A stretch of DNA of 64,000 nucleotides from Felis catus (GCF_018350175.1 NC_058368.1:83578001-83642000), one strand, 5' to 3'; shown: positions 38,101-52,218, numbered from the stretch's first letter. Numbers and translations: made by a program. The notes: a model not told the origin generated them from the letters alone.

Positions 38101-39368
38101 ATAATGGTTTCTAAAGGTTAACAATTCTAATAAATGTAATTATAGGCAATAACCTCTATGGAAAAGGAATATTTAGAAAAAAATATTATGTAGTCAAGCT
38201 GGGTTTCACACAACAGCAACAGCAACAGAATCTATAAAGATTGTGGTACATGTGAATGAAATCCATTCTGCTTCTGCAAAAAATGGCCCCTCATGGAAGG
38301 ATTTTTGCCATCATGATGCCCTTTTAACATGACAACAGTCTGGAAGCAGAGAAATTAAGGTGAATAAACAACGCTTGTAAATTAAATAAACAGCTGGGAT
38401 CAAAACATCCATTTGGTTCTTCCTTGCTTCTTGACAAACCCCATTTTCAACTTTTACATTTCTTTACCTAACATAAGGCACTTAAAATGATTCAAGTTAT
38501 GAATAGATATTGGTGGGGAGACTTCTATAAAATTGCCAAAACAGTCTTCCAGAAATGTCTGACTTGACAGGTTGTTTACATTCTTATAAAAAGGGGGGAA
38601 CTGTCACAAAGGAAACCACAGGACCAAAATGACATCATTTAGGCCAAGTCACCAAACTGGGGCTTGATATCTAACCTAATTGTACTTTCCACCATCCCCA
38701 GAAATTGATCAGACATGAATTTTCTGGTTAGCATCAATAATCTGTCAGATGGGCCCACTTCATCCCCAAAAGGAAGATGTGATAATGCTCTAAGACCAGT
38801 TTGCCTCCAAAGGAAGGTGATCTCACCTTAAATAATCCTTTTTTTCCATTTATGAATTCTTTGTCCTGCTTTTAAAAACCTTTCCATTTCTGTAGCCCTT
38901 TGGAATTTCCCTTTACTTACCAGATGGAATGCTGTTCAATTCCTGAATGGTTTAATAAACCCAATTAGACCTTCAAGTTTACTCAGGTGAATTTTTTTTT
39001 TTTTAGCAATTCTAAGTAAAGTAAGTCAGAGAAAGACAAATACAGTATGATCTCACTTAATGTGGAATCTAAAACAAATGAACAAACAAACAAACACCAG
39101 CAACAACAATAGCAAAAACTTCCTAGAAAAAGAGAAGTTTGGTGCAGAGTAATGGCTAATAGTGACCAAAGTGTAAAACTTGTAGTTATAAGATGAGTAA
39201 GTTCTAAGGGTCTAATGTATAGCTTGGTAATTATAATTAACAGTACTGTATTTTATAGTTGAGAACTGTTAACAGAGTAGAAATTAAAAGTTCCCACTTC
39301 AAAAAGGAAATAACTATAGCAATGTGAGGCAATGGATATGTTAACTTTATTGTAGTCATGTATTTTGT

Positions 39369-39399
<31 letters not shown>

Positions 39400-39529
39400 A
39401 TATATATGTCACATATACATTAAATCATTATGTTTTACACATTAAAATTATGAAATTATGTCAATTATATCTTAAAGAGAGAAAAATGTTAAAAAATTTA
39501 AATAAAATTTATTCTGACAATTATTCTGA

Positions 39530-40880
39530 GGTAGGATGTTTAAGATGGCAGAGGAGGAGGGTGACCCTAAGCTCATCTCTTCCTCCCAACAGCTTGATAA
39601 ATATCAAATCATTCTGAACACCCAAGACATTGATCAGAAGTCTTAGAGAACAAAGCTCATATTTACACAACAGCCTGTGGAAGGTAGGAACTACAGAGTG
39701 GAGTTGTGGGAGAAAAGAGCCTCAGGTGCTGAGACAGAGAAAGAGAAAGAGTGGGGAAAAAAAATAGAGTGAAAACACACACAGGGACTGCACAGGAAAG
39801 CTGTTCTTCAAAACCATTGACAAGGAAAAAAGAGAGGATTTCAATACCACCATATTTTTAAATAAACAGTGGAAAGCAGAGTCTGAAGTTTCAGAGGTCA
39901 ACACCTGGCAGTGCTCTCCTGAGGAAGCAGGGCAGAGCCCCAGTAGCAAGCAGCACAGTCTTAGGATTCCCTGGGTTGCATGGGGAGAAGCAGTTCCCCC
40001 ACTTGGAGTACATTGGGTAGAGGTGATAAGGCCTCTCCACAGGCAAAAGACCCTGTGGGCACCATTGAGGTTACGCATTCACCAGTATAGGAATAAAGAT
40101 GCTGGCTAACGTCAGCAAAGTCTGGCACCAACTGTGTGTTAGGATTTACCATAAACTCTGAGTTGCTGCCACGGCACAGTGACTGCTTCCTGTGACATGC
40201 TGGGACCAGGCACAGTGGAGTAAGACCCGCCTGCAGAGGATCAGTGCACATCTGAGCTGTGAGGGTCTCCGAAGTGGGTGGTTTTGAAACATGCACACAC
40301 CTGTGGTAAAACACACGAGTGCTGAGGCGCCTTCATGTGGATAGCTCGATCAAAGACAGGGTGAAAGTGGGGATCTGACAGAACCCGGGGACACAGGAAG
40401 GGTGATTGTTTGGGCAATTGTTAGGGCCCAAACTTGATGCTCCAGAGACTAGACAGTGGGGTGAAACAATTTTCACCTATAGCCCACCAGCATTGATGAA
40501 CCTCAGTGAGTTAAACAGTGCCACCAAGTGGAAAATTGAGCCACTATAGCAAGCTTCACCCCCCTGCCCCCCACCAGGCACATATCCACTGGGGCAAATA
40601 CACCAGAGAATCACAGCAGCAGGCACCTCCCCCAGAAGAGCAGCACAATCCCCTCCTATGCACTAAGTCTAGTGATCATAGAGTGCTGCAAATCTTCAGC
40701 ACTAGGGGAAGCTGGATCTAGCCTCCTTTGTTTTGCTTTGTTTTTGTTTGTTTCTTTGTTTCTTTGTTTTGTTTCTGTTTCTGTTTCTGTTCCACCCCCC
40801 CCCCCCGAAACAGAAAGAGCAAATTTATATATATATATATATTTTTTTTTTTTCTATCAAAAGTCTCTTAACAAGCAGAC

Positions 40881-40915
<35 letters not shown>

Positions 40916-42591
40916 ACCTGGGCTCTAGCTTCTTTTGTTTTTTAATTAAAAATTTTTATTTTATTATTATTTTCATCCAAAATGACAAGATGAAGGAATT
41001 CACCCTAAAAGAGAGAAAAGAAGGAAATGATGGCGAGAGATTTAATCCAAACAGATATAAAATGTCTGAAGTAGAATTGAAAAAAAAAAACAATTATAAG
41101 GATTCTAGCTGGGCTTTAAAAAATAAAAACATAGAAGGCACTAGAAAATCCCTCACTGCGATGAAAAAAATAACTAAAATTTAGTCAGGCAGAAATTAAA
41201 AATGGTATAACTGAAATGCAAGCGTGAATGCTGCAATACAACAATAATGGATGGATTAAGCAAAGGAACAGATTAGTGACACAGAAGATACATCTATGGA
41301 AAATAATGAAACTGAAAAGAAGAGGATAATAAAGGTAACAGATCACAAAGGTAGACTTAGGGAAGTCAGAGGACTATTAAAATGGGATAATATTCCTGAC
41401 ACAGGAATCCCAGAAGATAAAGAGAGAAAAAAAGTGATGTGGGGAAACAAGGTTTAGTTGAGCAAATTATATCTGAAAACTTCCATAATCTGGGGAAGGA
41501 GGAAGACATCAAAATCTGAAAAGCACAGAAAACTCCCATAAATTCAACAAAAGGTGACCGATGCCAAGGCATTTCATATTTCAATTCACAAGTTACATAA
41601 TCGAGGAAATAATTCTTAAAGCAGCAAGGGAAAATAGTCCTTAACATACAAATAAAGACAGATAAAGTTCATAACAGACATGTCTACAGAAACTTGGCAG
41701 GCAGGAGGGAATGGCAGAATATATTCAACTTGCTGAATGGAAGACATCCCAGGACTCCTTAATATTCAATCTTGACATATAGTCAAGAATATTAAATCCA
41801 GCAAGGCTGTCATTCAGAATAAAAAGAGAGATAAACAGTTTGCCAGGAAAACAAATACTAAAGGAGTTTGTGACCATTAAACCAGCCCTGGATAAATGTT
41901 AAGGGGGACTCTTAGAGGGGAAAATAAAAGACTGAAAACAACAATATTATAAAGGAACAGAGAACATCATCAGAGACACCAATGTTACTGGTAACACAAT
42001 GGCACTAAACTTATATCTTTCAATAAACACCTTAAATGTTGGGGCCCCTGGGTGGTGCAGTTGGTTAAGCATCCAACCCTTGAACTTGGCTCAGGTCATG
42101 ATCTCACAATTTGTGAGTTCAAACCCCACATCAGGCTCTATGCTCATGATGCAGAGCCTGCTTGGGATAGTTTCCTTCTCCCTGACCCTCCCCTGCTTTT
42201 TCTCTCCTCTCTTGCTCTCGCGTTCTCTCTCACTCTTTCAAAATAAATCAATAAAAACTTAAAAAAATAAACACCTTAAATGTAAATGGGCTAAGGGTTC
42301 CAATAAAAAGACATAGGGTATCAGAATGGATTAAAAACAATCCATCTCTATACTGCCTACAAGAGACTCATTTTGGACCCAAAGACATCAGCAGATTGAA
42401 AGCTAGAATCATCTATCATGATAATGGAGGTCAAAAGAAAAGCAGAGTAGCCATGCTTATGTCAGGCAAGCTACATTTTAAAATGAAGATTATAACAAGA
42501 GATGAATGAGGGCATTATATAATAATTAAGGGGTATATCTATTAAGATATAACAATTATAAATATTTATACCCCCAACTTGAAAACCAAGT

Positions 42592-42632
<41 letters not shown>

Positions 42633-45600
42633 AAACATAACAAAAACTTATTGATAATAATACAATAATAGTATGGGACTTTAATACTCTACCAACAGCA
42701 ATGGACAGATCATCTAAGCAGAACATTAACAAGGAAACAAAGGCTTTGGATGACACACTGAACTTTATTGGACTTAACAGATATATTCAGAACATTTTGT
42801 CCTAAAGCAGCAGAATACACATTCTTTTTGAGTGCACACAGAACTCCAGAATAGATCACAGAATAGATCACATGCTGCATCATGAATCAGTACCCAACAA
42901 GTACAAAAAGATCAAGATCATACCATGAACATACATATTGTCACACCACAAAACATGCTTTGACAGTTGAAGTCAACTATAAGAAAAAAATTGGAAAGAC
43001 CACAAGTGCATGGAGGTTAAAGAACATCCTACTAAACAACAAATGGGTTAACCAATAGATTAAAGATAAAATAAAAAGCTACATAGAAGCAAATGAAAAT
43101 GAAAACATGACCATCCCAAACCTGTGGTATGCACCAAAGGCAGCCCTAAGAGGGAAGTACAGTGTATTGTGATACAGGGCTACTTTAAAAAGTAAGAAAG
43201 GTCTCATGTACACAATCTAACTTTACACCTAAAGTAGCTAGAAAAGGAGTCATAAATAAAGCTAGAATAAAATAGTAGTTATTTTAAGTAAATAATAAAA
43301 TAGTAACAATAATACCAATAATAATATAAATAAATAATAATAATAAGTAAAATAAATAAACACAAAAAACTAGACCAGAAAAAATAATAAACAAACAAAC
43401 AAACAAACAAACCAAAACAGTAGTACAGATCAAGCAAAGTAAGATTTGATGGTTCTTTGAAAGATATGGTTTTTTGAAAGAATTGATACAATTGAGGAAC
43501 CCCTAGCCAGATTTAGCAAATAGAAAAGAGAAAGGACCCAAATAAATAAAATCATGAATGGAAATGGATAGTTCATAACAAACACCACAGAAATGAAATT
43601 ATAAGAGAATGCTATGAAAAATTATATGTGGACAAATTGGGCAATCTGGAAGAAATGGATAAATTCCTAGAAACATACAAACTATCAAAAACATACAAAC
43701 TGTCAAAACTGAAACAGGAAGAAATAGAAAGTTTGAAAAGACCTATAATCACCAAAGAAATTTAATAAAAGTAATATAAAATCTCCCAACAAAGTAAAGT
43801 CCAGTGTCAGATGGCTTCCAAGGGGGAATTCAAGCAGACAAAGAAGAGTTAGCACCTATTCTTCTCAAACTATTCCAAAATTTAGAAATGGAAGGAAAAC
43901 TCCCAAACTGTCTATGAAGCTAGCATTACCTAGAGTCAAAACAGTCTCCACTAAAAAGGAAAATTTCAAGTTAATATCCTGATGAAACTGGATGAGAAAA
44001 ATTCTCAAAACGATACTAGCAAATTGAATTCAACAGTACACTTAAAGAAGTATTCACCATGACCAACTTGGAATTATTTTGGGGCTGCAGGAATCCTTCA
44101 AATTTTTTTTAATGTTTATTTATTTTTAGCAGAGTGAGAGAGACAGAGCATGAGTGGGAAAGGGGCAGAGAGAGAGGGAGACACAAAATCCGAAGCAGGC
44201 TCCAAGCTCTGAGCTGTCAGCACAGAGCATGACGCGGGGCTCAAACTCACAGACTGTGAGATCATGACCTGAGCCGAAGTCGGACGCTCAACCGACTGAG
44301 CCACCAAGGCATCCCAGGACTCCTTAATATTCAATCACTCAGTGCAATACACAACATTAATAAAAGAAAGAATTAGAACCATATAAACCTCTCAACAGAT
44401 GCAGAAAAAGCATTTGACAAAATACAGTATCCTTCTTGATAAAAACCCTCAACAAAGTATGGGTACATGGAATACACCTCAACATCCTAAACGCCTCAGA
44501 TGAAAGACCCACAGCTAATATCATCCTCAATGGGGAAAACTGAGAGCCTTCCCCCTATGATCAAGAATAAGACAATGATGTCCACTCTCACCATTACTAT
44601 TTAACATGGTACTAGAAGACTTGGCATCATCAATTAAACAAGAAATAAAAAGCATCCAAATCTGCAAAGAAGTCAAACTTTCACTATTTGCAGACAGAAG
44701 ATGTCCTATGTAGAAAATCCAAAAACTTCCATCAAAAAATTGTTAGAACTTGGGCGCCTGGTTGGCTCAGTCCGTTAAGCATCCAATTCTTGGTTTTGGC
44801 TCAGGTCATGATCTCCTGGTTGGTAGGTTCGAGCCCCAGGTTGAGTTCTGTACTGACAGCATGGAGCCTGCTTGGTATTCTGTCTCTCTCTCTCTGTCTC
44901 TCCTCTGCTCACTCACTGTCTCTCTCTCTCTCTCTCTCTCTCTCAAAAGTGAGTAAATAAACATTTTAAAAAAATTGTTAGAACTAATACACGAATTCAG
45001 CAAAGTCGCAGGATATAAAATCAACATATAGAAATTTGTTGCATTTCTGTACATCAGTAACAAAGCAGCAGAAAAAAGAAACCAAAGACTCAATCCATTT
45101 TTCGACTGCGACAAAAATAATTAGATAACTAGGAATAAACCTAACCCAAGAGGTAAAAGGTCTGTAGCCTGAAAGCAATAAAACACATAAAGAAATTGTC
45201 TCAGTCGGTTAAGCATCTGACTCTCCATTTAGGCACGGGTCATGATCTCACAGTTCATGTGTTCAAGCCCTGCATTTGGCTCTGTGCTGACAGTACAGAG
45301 CCAGCTTGGGATTCTTTCTCTCTCTCTTCCTCTGTCCCTCACCTTCTCATGCTCTCTCAATCACTTTCTCTCTCTTTCTCTCCCTCTCTCTCTCTCTCTC
45401 TCTCTCAAAGTAAATAAGCTTTAAATTTTTTAAAAAATAAAAAAATGAAAAATAATATCATGTTCATGGATTGGAAAAGCTTATATTTTAAAATGTCTAT
45501 ATTACCCATAGCAATATACACATTTAATGCAATCCCATTCAAAATACTCCACAATTTTTCACAGATAAAAAACAAGCAATCCTAAAATTTGTATGGAACC

Positions 45601-47333
45601 ATAAAAGACCCTGAATAGCCAAAGCAATATTAACAAAGAAAAACAAAATTGGAGGCATAATGATTCTGAATTTCAAGCTATGTTGTAAAGATATAGTCAT
45701 CAAGACCATATGGTACTGGTACAAAAATAGACAAATAGATCAATGGAACAGAATAGAATGGAACAGAATAGAAAACCCAGAAACTTTAAGGTTAACTAAT
45801 CTTCAACAAAGCAGGAAATAATATCCAATGGAAAAAAAAAAAGACAGTCTCTTCAGTAAATGGTGTTTGGAAAAATGGACAGCAACATGCAGAAAAAGTT
45901 AAACTAGAATACTTTCTTAAACTATACACAAAAATAAGTTAAAAACGGATTAAAGACTTAAATTTGAGACAGAAAACCATAAAAATTCCAGAGGAGAATA
46001 CAGGTAGCAAATTCTTTGACTTTGGCTGGAGCAACTTCTTATTAGACATGTTGCCAGAGACAAGGGAAACAAAAGCAAACATGAACTTTTGGGACTTCAT
46101 CAAGATTAAAAGCTTCTACACAACAAAGGAAACAGCAAAACTAAATGACAGCCAAGGGAATGAAAGAAAATAGTTGGAAATGACATATCTGATAAAAGGG
46201 TAGAATCCAAAGTCTATAAATAACTTATCAAACTTAACCCTCCCAAAAAATAACCCAGTTATGAAGTGATCAGAAGACATGAATAGACATTTCTCCAAAG
46301 AAGACATCCAGAAGGCTATTAAACATGTGAAAAGATGCTCAACATCCCTCATCATCAGGAAAATACAAATCAAAACCTTGATGAGATTCTACTTCACACC
46401 TGCCAGAATGGCAAAACTTAACACAAGAAACAACAGGTGTTGGCCAGGATGCTGAGCAAGAGGAAACCTCTTACACTATTGTTGGGAATGCCAAGTGGTG
46501 CAGCCACTCCAGAAAACAATATGGAGGTTCCTTAAAAAGTTTAAAATAGGACACCCTATGATCCAGCAATCACACTAGTAAGTATTTACCAAAATGATAC
46601 AAAAATATAGATTTAAAAGTGTACATATGCCCCAGTGATTATAGCAGCACTATCACCAATAGCCAAACTAAGGAGAGAAACCAAATGTCCATCAGAATGA
46701 TAAGGAAGACACAGTATATCCATACAATGGAATATTACAGAGCCATCAAAAAATTGCAATTTGCAATAGTGTGGATGGAGCTAGAGTGTATTATGTTAAG
46801 CAAACTGAGTCAGGGGCACCAGGATGGCTGGTCCAATTCTTGATTTTGGCTTAGGTCATGATTTCATAGTCATGGGTTTGAACCTGCATTGGGCTCTGTG
46901 CTCACAGTGCAGAGCCTGCTTGGGATTCTCTCTCTCTGTCTCTCTCTCTCTCTGTCTCTCTCTTTCTTTCTCTCTGTGCCTCCTTGCTTGATCTTTCTCA
47001 AAAATAAACATTAGGAAAAATAATAAGTGAGTCGAAGAAAGACAAATACCATATGATTTCACTCATATATATGTGGTATTTAAGAAACAAAACAGATGAA
47101 CATATGGGAGGGGGGAAAGAGAGAGGGGAACTAATCACAAAAGGCTCTTAAAGTAAAGAACAAGCTGAGGGTTGATGAAGGTAGGTGGGTGGGGGATGGG
47201 CTAGATGGGTGATGGCTGTTAAGGAGGGCTCTTGTTATGATCAGCACTGTGTGTGGTATGTAAGTAATGAATCACTGAATTCTACTATATTGCTCTGTAT
47301 GTTAGCTAACTAGAATTCAAATAAAAATTTGGA
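39530..47333 (+). mobile_element. Full-length decayed carnivore L1; CanSINEs at 42041-42265 (+), 44102-44315 (-), 44751-44970 (+), 45198-45440 (+) and 46813-47020 (+)
   Basis: aagatggc 5' end, ORF1 ~40982-41915, ORF2 from ~41999 (MALNLYLSINTLNV), 3'UTR to ~47325, TSD aattatt(c/t)tga; many stops and frameshifts. Confidence 0.92.
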
Positions 47334-49390
47334 AAAATTATTTTGATGTTTTATTTTTATGTTATTATAAATGGGATTATTATCTTTATTTCTTTTTATT
47401 TTAGTATTTAGAAATGCAACTGAATTTTGTATTTTGACTTTGTACTCTGAGTTTACTATTTTTTTTTTTTTTAGTCTTGTTTTTTAGTGATGTCTTTTGG
47501 ATTTCCCTATACAAGATTGTGACGTCAATAAACTGAGACAATTTTACTTCTTTTCTGATTTTGATAACTTTTATTTCTTTTCCTTTTGTAACTGCTTCTG
47601 GCTACCATCTCTGGTACTATATTGAGTAGGAGATGTGAGACTTGGTACATTTGGTTTGTTCCTGGTTTTAGATGGAAAACTTTAAACTTTCACTGTTGGA
47701 CATGTTTGCTGTTATTATGTAGATGTATTATATTTCTTTAGTCAATTTATTATTGGGAGTTTATAACATGAATATTTTTTCTTGGATTTGTTGAATGTTT
47801 TACTACATAAATTTAAGATTATTATATTAATTGTTTTATTTTATTCCATTAATGTGGTGTATTATATAGATTGGTTTTAGTATGTGAAATCATCTGTGAA
47901 TAAAAGGTATAAATCCCCCTTAATCATGTTGTGTGATCATTTGAATATGCTGTTAAATTCAGTTTCGTAGGATCTTAACTGAGAATTTTCACGTGTATAT
48001 TCTTTAGGCATATTGGCCTGTATTTTTATTTGATTATGATATTCTATTCTGGCTTTTTTATATGGGCAGTGCCATTATTACAAAATTAGTTTGAGAGTGT
48101 TTCCTTCTATTCAAATTTTTGGAAGAGTTTGAGAAGATTAGGTATGAATTATTTTTCAAATGATTAATGCAACTGACCCATGAGACTGATCCTTGGCTTC
48201 GTTACTGATTCAATGTCCTTTGTTGTTACTTATCAGTTTACTTTTTTTTTTTTCTTTCTTCATGGTTAAGATTTGGAAGGATGTATATTTTAAGGAATGT
48301 ATCCCTTTTATGTAGGTTATCCATTCGCTAACATGATTTTTCATAGTTGTCTTTTTACTGTATTTGTGTATCCATTGCAATGCTTCCTCTTTCATGCATA
48401 ATTTTATTTACTTGGTTCCTCTCCTTTTATCTTGGTAATTCTAGCTAAAGTTTACTCAATTTTATTTTTTAAATTATTTTTCTGTTTGCTGTTTCAATTA
48501 TTTCTGCTCTGATATTTGTTATTTCCTTTCTTCTGCCAACTTTGGGCTTAGTTTTTTCTTGTTTTTCAAATTCTATGAGGTGTGAAGTTACATTGAATAT
48601 TTAATATTTTGTTATTTTTATTTTTTTGTTTTTTTAAATGTGGGCATTTTGCTATGGTTTATAATTTTTATGCTGTGATTTCATTTTTAATTGTTTCAAA
48701 ACTTTTCCCTTCCTTTTTTAATTTCATCTTCAAACCACTGGTCATTCAAGAGTGTGTTGTTTAATTTGCTCATATTAGTGAATTTTCCAGAATTCCTCCT
48801 TTTATTGATCAGTTTCATATATTTGTGGTCATAAATAACACTTGGTATAATATCAACTTATTAAAATTTCCTGGGACTTGTTCTGCAACCTAACATATGA
48901 CCTATCCTGGGGATTGTTTGTTGTGCCCTTGAGAAGAATGGATGAATTTTCTTTTTAATAATGGTCAGGTCCACTTGGTTTAAAGTTCAAGTCCAATATT
49001 TCCTTATTGATATTCCATTCATTGTTAAAAGTGGAGTATTGGAGGCCCCCACTATCATTGTATTTTTGTCGATTTCTCACATATATGTAAGTATTTGCTT
49101 CATATATTTAGATATTGTGATGTTTGGTTTATATATAAATTTTTATAGCTTATTAAATTATTCATCTGTTTATCATTATATAATGGTCCTCTTTGTCTAT
49201 TGCTACACTTTTTGACTTAAAGTTTATCTTTTCTGATATAAGCATAGCTAGCACTCCTCTCTTGGTGTTTATTTATGTGAAATATATTTTTTCAATATTT
49301 TTATTTGAGACTATGTATATCATTGAAACTGAAATAAGTATGTTGGAAACAAAATATAGGTTGATTTTTAAAAATTTTTTCATTTATTTA

Positions 49391-50306
49391 CTTTTTTCTT
49401 TTTTTTTCTTTTTTTTTTTAGTTTTTATGAAATTTATTGTCAAATTGGTTTCCATACAACACCCAGTGCTCATCCCAAAAGGTGCCCTCTTCAATACCCA
49501 TCACCCACCCTCTCCTCCCTCCCACCCCCCATCAACCCTCAGTTTGTTCTCCTATGCTTTGGCTCTCTCCCACTCTAACTTCTTTTTTTTTTCCTTCCCC
49601 TCCTCCATGGGTTCCTGTTAAGTGTCTCAGGATCCACATAAGAGTGAAACCATATGGTATCTGTCTTTCTCTGTATGGCTTATTTCACTTAGCATCACAC
49701 TCTCCAGTTCCATCCACGTTGCTACAAAAGGCCATATTTCATTTTTTCTCATTGCCACGTAGTATTCCATTGTGTATATAAACCACAATTTCTTTATCCA
49801 TTCATCAGTTGATGGACATTTAGGCTCTTTCCATAATTTGGCTATTGTTGAGAGTGCTGCTATGAACATTGGGGTACAAGTGGCCCTATGCATCAGTACT
49901 CCTGTATCCCTTGGATAAATTCCTAGCAGTGCTATTGCTGGGTCATAAGGTAGGTCTATTTTTAATTTTCTGAGGAACCTCCACACTGCTTTCCAGAGCG
50001 GCTGCACCAATTTGCATTCCCACCAACAGTGCAAGAGGGTTCCCGTTTCTCCACATCCTCTCCAGCATCTATAGTCTCCTGATTTGTTCATTTTGGCCAC
50101 TCTGACTGGCATGAGGTGATACCTGAGTGTGGTTTTGATTTGTATTTCCCTGATAAGGAGCGACGCTGAACATCTTTTCATGTGCCTGTTGGCCATCTGG
50201 ATGTCTTCTTTAGAGAAGTGTCTATTCATGTTTTCTGCCCATTTCTTCACTGGGTTATTTGTTTTTCGGGTGTGGAGTTTGGTGAGCTCTTTATAGATTT
50301 TGGATA
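49391..50306 (-). mobile_element. Young felid L1, 5'-truncated, inserted in a SINE tail
   Basis: Open 227-aa ORF2 C-terminus, poly(T), TSD tcatttattta (49380-49390, 50307-50317); near-identical to the copy at 3020-4490. Confidence 0.92.
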
Positions 50307-50510
50307 TCATTTATTTAATTTTGAGAGACAGAGAGAGACAAAGCATGAGCAGGGGAGGGGCAGAGAGAGAGGAAGATACAGAATCCAAAGCAGGCTCCAG
50401 GCTCCAAGCTGTCAGCACAGAGCCCAATGCAGGGCTTGAACTGACAAACTGCGAGATCATGACCCAAGCTGAAGTCAGACGCTTAACCAACTAAGCCACT
50501 CAGGCACCCC
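50307..50510 (-). mobile_element. CanSINE hosting the young L1
   Basis: Its TSD taggttg lies at ~49357 and 50511, bracketing both elements. Confidence 0.9.
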
Positions 50511-51150
50511 TAGGTTGGTCTTTTTTATCCACTCACCTACTCTGTACATTTTTATTTTATGACTTAATACACTTAAAGCAATATTGATAATAATTTAACT
50601 GTTGATAGGTAAGGATTTACTATTGCCATTTTGTTCATTGTTTCTTGGATTTTTTTTTGTTTTTTGTTTGTTTCTTTTGATTTGTTTTGTTTTGTTTTTG
50701 TAGTTGTTTGTTCCTCTTTTCCTCTCTTGCTGTTTGTTTTCTGTTGTGAATTCATGATTTTCTGTAATGGTATACCTTGATTCTGTTAACTTTATTTTGT
50801 GTGTATCTAATATAGGTATTTGTTTTGTGGTTATTTTTAAATCTTAATTGAAATATATTATGATAGAAAAAAACATATTTTAAGTTGATAACAACCTAAT
50901 TCTATCACCTACTAAACCTCGACATTTTTACACTTTCTCCCACATTTAACGTGTTTGATGTTATAATTCACATATTTTATGCTATGTATCCATTAGCAAA
51001 TTATTGTAGTTAAGGTTATTTTGAATTATTTTTGTCTTTCAACCTTATACTAGAGTTCAGTGGTTAACATACCACCATGTTACAATTATTAGAGTATTCT
51101 AAATCTGACCATATACACTTTTTAATGGGTGTGCTGTATGTTTTCACATA

Positions 51151-52218
51151 TGGTAAAACCTTGGGTTGTAAATAAGTTGGTCTGAGTGTTCCTCAAGATG
51201 AGCAAACGTTTCTAATAAATTTTAACTTGATAATTGCACGATGTTTTCCAATATGAGTAGTATATGATGCTGAACATCACATTATAACAACTGAGCCAAT
51301 GGTTCTTCCCTCTCTTTTGCTGTGGGATTGTGGGTGATTGTCTCCCATGCTCAGATGCTCAGTCTCAGACTGTGGTGTTTGGCAGAAATCAGTAATTTAT
51401 CAGAATGTTGGAAGGTGCCCACAACTGGCATTAGTGTATTTTTTTGTTACTTCAAAGAACCTATGGACAGTACTTTACTTTTCCATACAAGAGTAAGCTT
51501 AGGAATGTTTTGCTGCATGCTAGGTCAGGCTGTCTGCACATATAGACCCTTTCTTCTGTGGCCTTATTGCCAGTTAAAGTATATACAGTATATGACAAGA
51601 GTTTATTATTACTGCACTGGAGTCAACATCTGTATGAGCATACAGAATGGTCCCATGCAGAAAAATGTACCATTGAGCCCATAAAGAGCAGTGATTCCAT
51701 TAGTGATAATGAAAGTCATCCTACGCAATAACCCTCCTCTCTCATGTCTCCCGCATACCAGTAGTGAAGATTTTCAAAGGTATGTGCAGATTAATTTATT
51801 TTTCTTTATATTTTGAATTTTTTTTCAACGTTTATTTATTTTTGGGACAGAGAGAGACAGAGCATGAACGGGGGAGGGGCAGAGAGAGAGGGAGACACAG
51901 AATCGGAAGCAGGCTCCAGGCTCTGAGCCATCAGCCCAGAGTCTGACGCGGGGCACGGACCGCGAGATCGTGACCTGGCTGAAGTCGGACGCTTAACCAA
52001 CTGCGCCACCCAGGTGCCCCATATATTTTGTATTTTATTAATTATGTTGCATTATATTATAGCATTATATTCATTTTTATATGAATATTTTTGGATTGTG
52101 GAACAAATCATTTGAGTTTCCATTATTTCTTATGGATAAATTCACTTTGATATATAAGTCCATTGGATTACATGCATGTTTCTGGAATGAATTTTGCTTG
52201 CAAACCAAGGTTTTACTG
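51151..52218. mobile_element. Non-autonomous Tc1/mariner (Tigger-type) DNA transposon, containing a young CanSINE at 51818-52020 (-)
   Basis: Terminal inverted repeats tggtaaaaccttgggttg and caaaccaaggttttactg, with TA dinucleotides at 51149-51150 and 52219-52220. Confidence 0.82.

Larger units (their letters stand above)
33237..39008 (+). mobile_element. Decayed class I ERV provirus (MER4/MER34-group-like): 5' LTR 33237-~33495, 3' LTR 38602-39008
   Basis: Homologous LTRs (aaaggaaacca(t/c)agg...catcatttag(a/g)ccaagtc...AATAAAcc), polypurine tract aaaaaggggggaa before the 3' LTR, 4-bp TSD ATTC (33233-33236, 39009-39012), and a gag-matrix-like remnant near 34530-34740. No pol or env ORF. Confidence 0.85.
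33130..39500 (+). mobile_element. Old L1 3' end (33130-33236 plus 39009-39500) split by the provirus
   Basis: ORF2-terminus sequence gcaacatggac...gtattc continues as taagtaaagtaagtcagagaaagacaaatac after the provirus. Confidence 0.8.

Noticed and set aside
49627..50310. 227-aa ORF
   Set aside because: 5'-truncated L1 ORF2 end without promoter, EN or RT domains.
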